From the NCBI GenBank assembly GCA_045114455.1, contig JBGUKN010000050.1, positions 2,736 through 66,735 of the forward strand: DNA of 64,000 nt, given 5' to 3'. The position numbers were made by a program, and so were the translations under genes. Source of the stretch: Victivallales bacterium (GTDB lineage Bacteria > Verrucomicrobiota > Lentisphaeria > Victivallales > UBA1829). This document shows, one piece after another, positions 38,948 through 46,340 of this stretch; the first letter of the stretch is position 1; every line of letters begins with the position of its first letter. Below the pieces are notes generated by a model, which ran no database searches, was not told the DNA's origin, and was given only the letters and a program-made list of their open reading frames with translations.

Positions 38948-40858
38948 TCAGATTCCCTTGACTGCGCCGAACTTGCACGCGGCCTTGCACGCGCCGCACT
39001 TGATGCATTTTTCGGGGTCGATGCTGTGCGCGGTCTTCACCTTGCCGGTGATCGCGCCGACGGGGCACTTGCGGGCGCAGGCCGTGCAGCCTTTGCACTT
39101 CGCGGGGTCAATCTCGGGACGGGCGAGCGCCTTGCATTCGCCGGTCGGGCAGATCTTGCGGAAGACGTGATCCTCGTACTCCTTGCGGAAATAGCGCAGG
39201 GTGGAGAGGACCGGGTTCGGGGCGGTCTTGCCGAGGCCGCAGAGGGAGCCGAGCTGGACGGCCTTCGCGGTCTTCTCGAGGAGATCGAGCGTCTCGGCCG
39301 TGGCGCGGCCTTCGATGATGTCGTCCAGCAGCGCGAGCATCTGCTTCGTGCCTTCGCGGCACGGCACGCACTTGCCGCAGGATTCGTTCTGCGTGAATTG
39401 CATGAAGAACCGCGCGATGCGGACCATGCAGGTCTGCTTGTTCATGACCACGAGTCCGCCGGAACCGACCATGGCGCCCGCGCTCTTTAGGGAGTCGAAG
39501 TCGAGCGGGAGGTCGAGGAGGTCGGGGACCAGGCAGCCGCCGGACGGGCCGCCGATCTGCACGGACTTGAAGTCTTCGCCGGTCACCTTGCCGGTGTTGT
39601 CCGTCACGCCGCCGCCGATGTTGTAGACGATCTCGCGGAGCGTGGTGCCGAACGGGACTTCGATGAGGCCGGTGTTCGCCACGTGGCCGGTCAGAGCGAA
39701 CGTCTTCGTGCCGGGGGAGTTCTGCGGGCCGACGGAGCGGTACTTCTCCGCGCCGTTGCGGATGATGTACGCCACGGAGGCGAGCGTTTCCACGTTGTTG
39801 ATGACGGTCGGCTTGCCGTAGAGGCCCTTCTGCGCCGGGAACGGCGGCTTCGGCATCGGCATGCCGCGCTTGCCTTCCACGGAGGCGATCAGGGCGGTCT
39901 CTTCGCCGCAGACGAACGCGCCCGCGCCTTCCATTACGCGGATGGTGAAGCCGAAGTCGGTGCCGAAGAGGTTCTTGCCGAGCAGGCCGTATTCGGTCGC
40001 GTCGGCGATGGCCTTGCGGATGCGTTCGACGGCCAGCGGGTATTCGGCGCGGACGTACACCACGCCTTCGTCGGCTCCGATCGCGCGGCCCGCGATCATC
40101 ATGCCTTCGAGCACGGCGTGCGGATTGCCTTCCATGACGGAGCGGTCCATGAACGCGCCCGGGTCGCCTTCGTCGCCGTTGCAGATGACGTATTTCTTAT
40201 CGTTCTGGGAAGCGAGCGTGAATTTCCACTTGAGGCCGGTGGGGAAGCCGCCGCCGCCACGGCCGCGGAGACCGGCGTCGATCATGGTCTGGCAGACCTG
40301 TTCCGGGGTCATCTCGGTGATGGCCTTGCGGGCGCCGATGTAACCCTCGCGGGCGATGTATTCCTCGACGTCGTCGGGCTCGATCATGTAGTTGGCCAGC
40401 ACGACGCGGGTCTGGCGGGAGTAGAACGCGATCTCGTCCTCGTGGCGGCAGGCCTTGCCGCTGACGGGGTCGACGTAGACCAGACGGTCGATGATCTCGC
40501 CGCCGATGAGCGTCACATGGACGATCTCGGCCGCGTCTTCGGGCTTCACGTGGCAATAGAAGATCCCTTCGGGTTCGATTCGGAGGATCGGGCCCATCTG
40601 GCAGAATCCCTGGCAGCCGGACTTGGAGAAGTAGGTGACGCCCTCGTTCTTCGAGCAGTCGTGGCGGTCGAGGACGACTTCGATGTGTTCGCCTGCTTTT
40701 TCGAGCTCGGCGCAGATGGCGTCGCGGACCTTCATGGAACCGTTGGCGATGCAGCCGGTGCCGCCGCAGATGATGATGCGGCGTTTGAGCTTGGCGACGA
40801 CTTTTTTATAGTTCGCGGCGATCTCTTCCAGATTCGGCGTTTTGATTTCGGTGCTCAT
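38948..40858 (-). CDS. hydB: NuoF-like flavoprotein subunit HydB (FMN/NADH site, thioredoxin-like 2Fe-2S N-domain, C-terminal 2x[4Fe-4S])
   Basis: GLRGRGGGGFPTGLKW, ICNGDEGDPGAF, SCGKCVPCREG, CKGCTACARKCP, CIKCGACKAACK. Confidence 0.92.
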   Translation of the reverse strand: MSTEIKTPNLEEIAANYKKVVAKLKRRIIICGGTGCIANGSMKVRDAICAELEKAGEHIEVVLDRHDCSKNEGVTYFSKSGCQGFCQMGPILRIEPEGIFYCHVKPEDAAEIVHVTLIGGEIIDRLVYVDPVSGKACRHEDEIAFYSRQTRVVLANYMIEPDDVEEYIAREGYIGARKAITEMTPEQVCQTMIDAGLRGRGGGGFPTGLKWKFTLASQNDKKYVICNGDEGDPGAFMDRSVMEGNPHAVLEGMMIAGRAIGADEGVVYVRAEYPLAVERIRKAIADATEYGLLGKNLFGTDFGFTIRVMEGAGAFVCGEETALIASVEGKRGMPMPKPPFPAQKGLYGKPTVINNVETLASVAYIIRNGAEKYRSVGPQNSPGTKTFALTGHVANTGLIEVPFGTTLREIVYNIGGGVTDNTGKVTGEDFKSVQIGGPSGGCLVPDLLDLPLDFDSLKSAGAMVGSGGLVVMNKQTCMVRIARFFMQFTQNESCGKCVPCREGTKQMLALLDDIIEGRATAETLDLLEKTAKAVQLGSLCGLGKTAPNPVLSTLRYFRKEYEDHVFRKICPTGECKALARPEIDPAKCKGCTACARKCPVGAITGKVKTAHSIDPEKCIKCGACKAACKFGAVKGI

Positions 40859-40876
40859 CGTATGTGATTCCCTTCG

Positions 40877-41416
40877 TTACTTGGTTTCGGATTCCGCGGC
40901 GGCGGCTTCGGCGGCCGTGATCTCGTCGATGATCTTCTCGACCTGTTCCGGGGTGGCCTGGCCGTGGACTTCGCCGTCGATGACGATCACGGGGGCAAGG
41001 CCGCAGGCGCCGAGGCAGTTCACGATCTCGACGGTGAAGAGGAGATCGTCGGTCGTGCGTTTCTCGTCGCTGAGGCCGAGCTTCTTGTAGATGGCCTCGA
41101 GCAGTCCCATGGACTTTTTCACGTGGCAGGCGGTGCCGTCGCAGAGGCGGAAGATGTGTTTTCCCTTGGGGTTCAGGGAGAAGTGGGCGTAGAACGTCGC
41201 CACGCCGTACACATGCGCCACGGGCACGTCAAGCGACGTGGCCACATAGCTGATGACGTCCTTCGAGAGGTACTTGTAAACTTCCTGCACCTCCTGAAGG
41301 ATCGGGATGAGCCGGGAGGGGTCGTTCCCGTTCTTTTCGAGGATCTCGTTGACCGCGGCGAGGTGGTGCACCATCGCGCGCGTCTTTTCCAGGGTTTCCT
41401 GCATAGGTTTCTCCAT
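40877..41416 (-). CDS. hydC: NuoE-like [2Fe-2S] subunit HydC
   Basis: LIPILQEVQ, FRLCDGTACH, CLGACGLAPV. The second ATG at 41404 has the better GGAG SD and may be the true start. Confidence 0.9.
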   Translation of the reverse strand: MEKPMQETLEKTRAMVHHLAAVNEILEKNGNDPSRLIPILQEVQEVYKYLSKDVISYVATSLDVPVAHVYGVATFYAHFSLNPKGKHIFRLCDGTACHVKKSMGLLEAIYKKLGLSDEKRTTDDLLFTVEIVNCLGACGLAPVIVIDGEVHGQATPEQVEKIIDEITAAEAAAAESETK

Positions 41417-41462
41417 GGGGTTGATGTGTGGGTTAGGGTATTGGAAATCGGTTTGTGATTCG

Positions 41463-42647
41463 TTAAACGTATTTGATGATGACTTTCTTCAGGTACTGGG
41501 TCTCCAGCGTCCGCGCCAGACGCTGCACGATGTTCCGCCGCAGCTCCAGGTCGTGCGGCAGGTTCGGGTCCTGGTGCGCCTCGTTGATGCGCGTCCCGAC
41601 CAGGAACGTGATCACGTCGTTGCGGAGCATCAGCCCGGTCAGCAGTCCGGCGGGGTCGTTGCGGCGCACGCTGCCCATCGACTCCAGGTACGTCGCCGCT
41701 TTCGAGAGCGTGAAGATGCCTTCCGTCACGAGGTTGACGCCGTCCATGGTCGACATCGGGGGCATGTCCGGGGAAATGCTCGAGAGGTCCATTTTCAGTT
41801 CGCGGCCGAGTTCGCGCGACACGATCTCCGCGCTGGTGCCGCCGCAGATCGCCTTGTCGCCCACGAAATTCTTCAGGAACGACGCGCATTCGGCGTCGCG
41901 GGCGGAATCGTAGGGCGGCCCGGTGAAGAGCAGCATCTCGCGCGGCAGCCGGAAATACAGCGCGGCGCAGGTCATGTCGTCCTTGTTGATGTTGTGCGGC
42001 TCCTTGCTGATCGCTTCGCCGATCACATGCTCCGCGACCTCGTAGGAGGACGCGTCCGGGCAGTTGTTCAGATAATCAACCAGATAGTCCGACACGCCGC
42101 TTTCGCGCCAGCCGAGCGGGAGATCATCCGAGCCGATCGCGGCTTGGGTGACGCCGTCGGAGAAGAAGACGATCCGGTCCCACATGTCGACCTTGAAATG
42201 GTATACTTTCATGCTGCGGTTGTCGTATTTGGACGGGTTCAGCTCGTCGTAGGGCACGGGCACGACCTTGTCGTTGCGGAGCAGCACGAACGCCGGATTG
42301 CCCATCTCGATGATGCGGACGTTGCCGTCCGGCCAGGCGTTCAGGATCGTGAACGTGGCGTAGCTGATCTTGCGGACCTGGCAGATCGGCAGGGCGTCCA
42401 TCATGATCTCGGCGGCGTGCAGGATGCCGCGGGGACCGTTGAGCTCGTTGGCGAACTTCAGCGCCATGGTCGCGGTCATGGAGGCCAGGATATTGGCCTT
42501 CACGCCGCTGCCCAGACCGTCCGACAGCACGGCCACCACGCGCGAATCCTCCATGTTCTTGATGAACTTGAAGGCGTCGCCGCAGATGTCCTCGCCGTGC
42601 TTGCGGCACTGGCTGAATCCGAGGTCTACGAAGAATGGTTCGCTCAT
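41463..42647 (-). CDS. PP2C/SpoIIE-family serine phosphatase with an uncharacterised ~165-aa C-terminal domain
   Basis: GEDICGDAF, VAVLSDGLGSGVKA, FFSDGV, DDMT are the PP2C metal-binding aspartate motifs in the first ~225 aa. The remainder matches no family I recognise. Confidence 0.8.
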   Translation of the reverse strand: MSEPFFVDLGFSQCRKHGEDICGDAFKFIKNMEDSRVVAVLSDGLGSGVKANILASMTATMALKFANELNGPRGILHAAEIMMDALPICQVRKISYATFTILNAWPDGNVRIIEMGNPAFVLLRNDKVVPVPYDELNPSKYDNRSMKVYHFKVDMWDRIVFFSDGVTQAAIGSDDLPLGWRESGVSDYLVDYLNNCPDASSYEVAEHVIGEAISKEPHNINKDDMTCAALYFRLPREMLLFTGPPYDSARDAECASFLKNFVGDKAICGGTSAEIVSRELGRELKMDLSSISPDMPPMSTMDGVNLVTEGIFTLSKAATYLESMGSVRRNDPAGLLTGLMLRNDVITFLVGTRINEAHQDPNLPHDLELRRNIVQRLARTLETQYLKKVIIKYV

Positions 42648-42665
42648 GCTCCCGTCACCCAGCGA

Positions 42666-44405
42666 TCATTTGTATTTCTTCCGGAATTCGTCATCGGCCG
42701 GCGAATCCGCATAGTTTTCCGCGATGGAGCGCAGCAGCATCTCCGTGTCGGCCATGTGCTCGCCGAGCTTGCAGGCGATGTCCTGCACCGTCGCCAGGTT
42801 CTTGCGGATCACTTCGCGTGCCTGGGCGGCGATCTCCTCGCGGCGGAACTCCGTGCGCGTGACGTCGAACATCATCGCGCCGACGACCTGTCCCGGGTCG
42901 ATATTGAAAATGTAAAGGCTTATAAGCCGTCCGTTCACGTGGATCGTGTCGCGCGAAAGCTCTTCCTTCGTGGTCAGGACCTCGCGGAAGAGGTCGGAGA
43001 AATTGATGAAGGTATCAAGCGCGGCGCCCGCCATGCCGGGAAGCACGCTCCAGACGTCGAGCGCGGCTTCCCCGCAGAGTTCGGCGAACCTGTGGTTGGA
43101 TTCGATGAGCGTGAGGCTCTGGTCCACGATCACGACCGCCGCCGGGATGCACCGCAGGATGGCGTTGGACTTCTTCTGCGCGAGTTTCCGCATGTAGGAG
43201 ACGCACATGTTCGGCTCGGCCTTGCCCGCGATCAGCGCCTTCGCGAAGTTCAGGCAGGTATTGTACCCGCAGCCGCCGCAGTTCAACTCGTCTTCCTTGT
43301 TCTTCTTGCCGACCCGGAGCAGCGCCTGACGGATCTCGTGCAGGGAAACGTCTTTTCCCGCCGCGGGCTCCTCCTTGTAATCCAGGTCCAGCGTCACGCC
43401 CGGTTCGCGGTCCGCCACCGTCTCCGGCACGTCCGCCATCCGAAGAATGCGGAGGCGTTCCATCAGGCCGGGGGCGCCGTGCTCGGTGCCGGGTCCGTGG
43501 ACGCAGCCGCCCTGGCAGGCGAGCGTTTCCAGGAAGACCGGTTCGCGGATGTCGCGCGGATGAAGCCCCTCGAGCGTGAGGCGGAGACTGTCGAGCCCGG
43601 TCACGGCGACGTATTTCACATGGCCGCAGCCCGGATGAAGCTTGATCGTGTCGTTCATGCCGCCTTCGATCGGGTACAGCGTGCCTTCGCGAGCGGTCTG
43701 CGGCACGAAGACGTCCTCATCGGTCGTTTCCACGCGCCACGGGTCGATCTGCATGCTGCGGAACCACTGGCGCAGACGCGAGAACAGCATCGCCAGCGAG
43801 ATCAGGTCGCCGTGCCGGTCGGATTCGTTCTTCTTCGCGATGCACGGACCGATGAACACCACTTTCGCATTCTCGCCGAATTCCTTCTTCAATATTTTCG
43901 CGTGTGTCAGCGCGGGCGACAGCACCTTCGTGATGCACGGCGCGAACTCCGGCATGTATTTGCAGATGAAATCGTCCACCACGGGACACGCGGACGAAAT
44001 CTTCAGTCCGCTCCTGAAATCCTTCAGCTCCAGCGCAAGCGCGTCCGACACCGCCTGCGCGCCGATCGCAGTCTCGCCGACTCCGGCAAATCCGAGCTTC
44101 TTCAGCGAGGCGATCATGTTCTTCGCCGGAAGCCCCTTGAACTCGCTCACCCACGAGGGCGCCAGCGAGACATAGACGGGATCGGGGCCGAGGATGAGCT
44201 GGCGGGCGCGCGTCATATCGTCGCGGATCTTCTTGGCATGGACGGGGCAGACTTCCACGCAGCCGCCGCACGCGATGCAGAGTTCGGGCATGACGGAGGC
44301 GTGTCCCTCCTCGACCTTGATCGCCTTGACGGGGCAGCGCCGGACGCATTTGAAGCAGTCCTGGCACTCGGCGTCGGCGGTAAATACCGGATATCCCTGG
44401 TTCAT
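42666..44405 (-). CDS. hydS: Sensory-type [FeFe]-hydrogenase paralogue (HydS-like: 2x[4Fe-4S], modified H-domain, 4-Cys motif, PAS)
   Basis: CQDCFKCVRRCP and CIACGGCVEVCP. H-cluster motifs are altered to SSACP, GPCIAKK, ETLACQGGCVHGPG. Then CGGCGYNTC..C and a C-terminal PAS-like domain. Confidence 0.85.
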   Translation of the reverse strand: MNQGYPVFTADAECQDCFKCVRRCPVKAIKVEEGHASVMPELCIACGGCVEVCPVHAKKIRDDMTRARQLILGPDPVYVSLAPSWVSEFKGLPAKNMIASLKKLGFAGVGETAIGAQAVSDALALELKDFRSGLKISSACPVVDDFICKYMPEFAPCITKVLSPALTHAKILKKEFGENAKVVFIGPCIAKKNESDRHGDLISLAMLFSRLRQWFRSMQIDPWRVETTDEDVFVPQTAREGTLYPIEGGMNDTIKLHPGCGHVKYVAVTGLDSLRLTLEGLHPRDIREPVFLETLACQGGCVHGPGTEHGAPGLMERLRILRMADVPETVADREPGVTLDLDYKEEPAAGKDVSLHEIRQALLRVGKKNKEDELNCGGCGYNTCLNFAKALIAGKAEPNMCVSYMRKLAQKKSNAILRCIPAAVVIVDQSLTLIESNHRFAELCGEAALDVWSVLPGMAGAALDTFINFSDLFREVLTTKEELSRDTIHVNGRLISLYIFNIDPGQVVGAMMFDVTRTEFRREEIAAQAREVIRKNLATVQDIACKLGEHMADTEMLLRSIAENYADSPADDEFRKKYK

Positions 44406-44418
44406 TGGTCCCGTCCTG

Positions 44419-44667
44419 TCATTGTTTCGCGAGGAATTCGCGGTTCAGAATATCGATCAGGGCTTCCCTGCTCACATGGCTGTAAGTCGTATCGTCGATG
44501 ATGATGTTCGGCCCTTCGGAGCAGATGCCCGCGCAGCAGCGGCCGGAAAGAAGCACGTCCGCCTGCAGGTTGTTCGATTTCAGGAAATCCTCGATCACGC
44601 GGAGGTTCTCCTCGTTGCCGCGGGCAAAGCAGCTGCTTCCCATACAGATGACGATCTTGCGTTTCAT
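44419..44667 (-). CDS. Thioredoxin-like [2Fe-2S] ferredoxin (82 aa)
   Basis: Pattern KIVICMGSSCFARG ... GRCCAGICSEGPNIII matches the NuoE/thioredoxin-like 2Fe-2S Cys spacing. GGAG SD. First gene of the operon. Confidence 0.8.
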   Translation of the reverse strand: MKRKIVICMGSSCFARGNEENLRVIEDFLKSNNLQADVLLSGRCCAGICSEGPNIIIDDTTYSHVSREALIDILNREFLAKQ

Positions 44668-44750
44668 AAACGGCTCCAGTTATGCAGTGAAATAAATGTA
44701 GACAGTTCGGAAACAACTCGAAACGGGCGGCGGAGAAGACCGGCGGCCGC

Positions 44751-44772
44751 ATTCGATATTTTTTTATCGAAT
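44751..44772. promoter_or_regulatory. Inverted repeat ATTCGATA-T6-TATCGAAT upstream of the hydrogenase regulatory/structural operon (candidate operator)
   Basis: Perfect 8-bp arms, about 85-105 nt upstream of the ferredoxin start (44667), in an AT-rich stretch. Confidence 0.25.
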
Positions 44773-45051
44773 ATATAATTTACTCCCATTTCCCCGATTT
44801 TTCAAATCGTTTTCCTGAAAAATGCTTAAAAACTAACGATTTTTCTTTCCGGTGCGCGACATTCGGCACGTTTCTTTTCGAGATACCGGATAGATCAGCT
44901 ATATTTCTTTACAAAGATGCCTGGAAACACACCGCGGTCGAACGAATCGTTATTCATCCGAATCGCGGACGCCCGGATAAAATTCCGCCCGTTCCGTCCT
45001 TTTCCGGTAACGAAGGCGGGATGTCTGAGAGTCCCGCCCGGAAGACGAAGC

Positions 45052-45996
45052 TCAAAAACGGAACGGAAGGTCGGGCTGATCCTGATTCTTTCCCAAAGCG
45101 CATTTGGCGCGCGAAGGAGACGGCGGTTCCAGGTGGACGACCACGTCGACGATGTTCAGATCGGAATTGACCAGCAGATCGCGGACCTGGTGCGAGAGAT
45201 CGTGCCCTTCCCGGACGGTCATGTCGGGATCGACGGTGATGTGGATGTCCGCCCAGATCGCGCTGCCGACATTGCGCGTGCGGAGCGCGTGCGCGCCGAT
45301 GACACCGGGAAGCGACGCTGCCATGCGGTAGATCTTCTTCTGATCCTCCGGGGAAACACCCGCCTCCGAAAGCTCCATCAGGGTGGGCTGGATGATCTTC
45401 CAGGCGGAGTGCAGGATGAACCCCGAAACGATAATGGCGCCGACCGGATCGACGAAGTGAAGTTTCGGGAAGAAATACGCGATGGCGATGGCGACGGCTG
45501 CCGGGATCGAGCTGATCGCGTCGCTGCGGTGGTGCCAGGCGTTTGCCTCCATTGCGGTGGAACGGACTTCGCGCGCCTTCCGGCGGGTCCAGCGGAACAG
45601 CGCTTCCTTGGAAACAACGGAAAAAATGGCGAACACAAACGCGAATCCGGCAGGGCCATGTTCCGATCCATGACGAAGCGTGCCGACGGCATCTGAAGCA
45701 AGTCCGATCGCCACGGCGGCGAGCGCGATGCCGATGAACGCTGAAACGAGCGTTTCGATGCGGCGATGTCCGTACGGATGCGAGCGGTCCGGCGGCGCGG
45801 TCCAGAATTTCACGCCGAAAATCACCGCCAGGTCTGTCACGAGGTCGGACAAACTGTGCACGGCGTCGGCAAGCAGCGCCTGACTGTAGAACAGCAGTCC
45901 GCCCACGGCCTTGGCGAAGACAAGGACCAGGTTCAATATCATCCCGACGACCGTGACGAACTGCACGGTGCGGATTGTCTGAATATTGTTTTTCAT
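45052..45996 (-). CDS. Cation diffusion facilitator (CDF) family metal efflux transporter
   Basis: Start moved to ATG 45996 (MKNNIQTIRT). ADAVHSLSDL, HPYGHRRIE, six TM segments, and a C-terminal cytoplasmic domain. Confidence 0.88.
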   Translation of the reverse strand: MKNNIQTIRTVQFVTVVGMILNLVLVFAKAVGGLLFYSQALLADAVHSLSDLVTDLAVIFGVKFWTAPPDRSHPYGHRRIETLVSAFIGIALAAVAIGLASDAVGTLRHGSEHGPAGFAFVFAIFSVVSKEALFRWTRRKAREVRSTAMEANAWHHRSDAISSIPAAVAIAIAYFFPKLHFVDPVGAIIVSGFILHSAWKIIQPTLMELSEAGVSPEDQKKIYRMAASLPGVIGAHALRTRNVGSAIWADIHITVDPDMTVREGHDLSHQVRDLLVNSDLNIVDVVVHLEPPSPSRAKCALGKNQDQPDLPFRF

Positions 45997-46163
45997 AGCG
46001 ACAGTCGATTTGTGATCCGGCAGACTCCGTGCGGACGCCGGGAACGGCGTCCGTTGAACGGAAAACAATTTCGGGATACGGATCCCCGCATCCGGCCGGA
46101 TCAGGCGGAAACAGGAAAACGGTTTTATGCTGAAGTGTGCGGAGTTTTGTTCAAAAGCAGTTA

Positions 46164-46190
46164 CTATAACACGGAAACGAAAAAAAGCAA
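46164..46190 (-). promoter_or_regulatory. Candidate sigma70-like promoter (TTGCTT-N16-TATAGT, minus strand) for the CDF transporter
   Basis: Read on the reverse strand. Would give a ~160-nt structured leader. Confidence 0.3.
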
Positions 46191-46340
46191 GGAGATATGA
46201 AAAAAAACTCTTTTTCCTCTATTATGGACTTGCATTCTGTTTTTTTTGCTGTAAGTTATGGATATAAAGGCAAAAGAAAGCAGACCTTTTTTCTGCATTC
46301 TGGACGCATTTGAATTCAGTCGAAAAAATGAGGTACTGAC

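Noticed and set aside
41307-44501. 1064-aa plus-strand ORF across the hydS/phosphatase region. Similar long shadow ORFs: 36704-38935 (+), 39683-40867 (+), 27744-30092 (+), 4189-5973 (+), 6114-7670 (+), 9532-10764 (-), 48087-50204 (-), 51415-52857 (+), 32114-32974 (-).
   Set aside because: All lie antisense to genes with unambiguous family motifs. They have Arg/Gly/Asp/His-rich low-information sequences typical of stop-poor frames in GC-rich DNA, and they lack SD sequences.
44668-45051. Search for a Rex operator (TTGTGAA-N6-TTCACAA) or a small ORF/sRNA in the 384-nt region upstream of the hydrogenase operon.
   Set aside because: No Rex-like box was found by eye. The track ORF starting at 44917 (+) is a shadow frame running into the CDF gene. 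Only the ATTCGATA/TATCGAAT repeat is reported.
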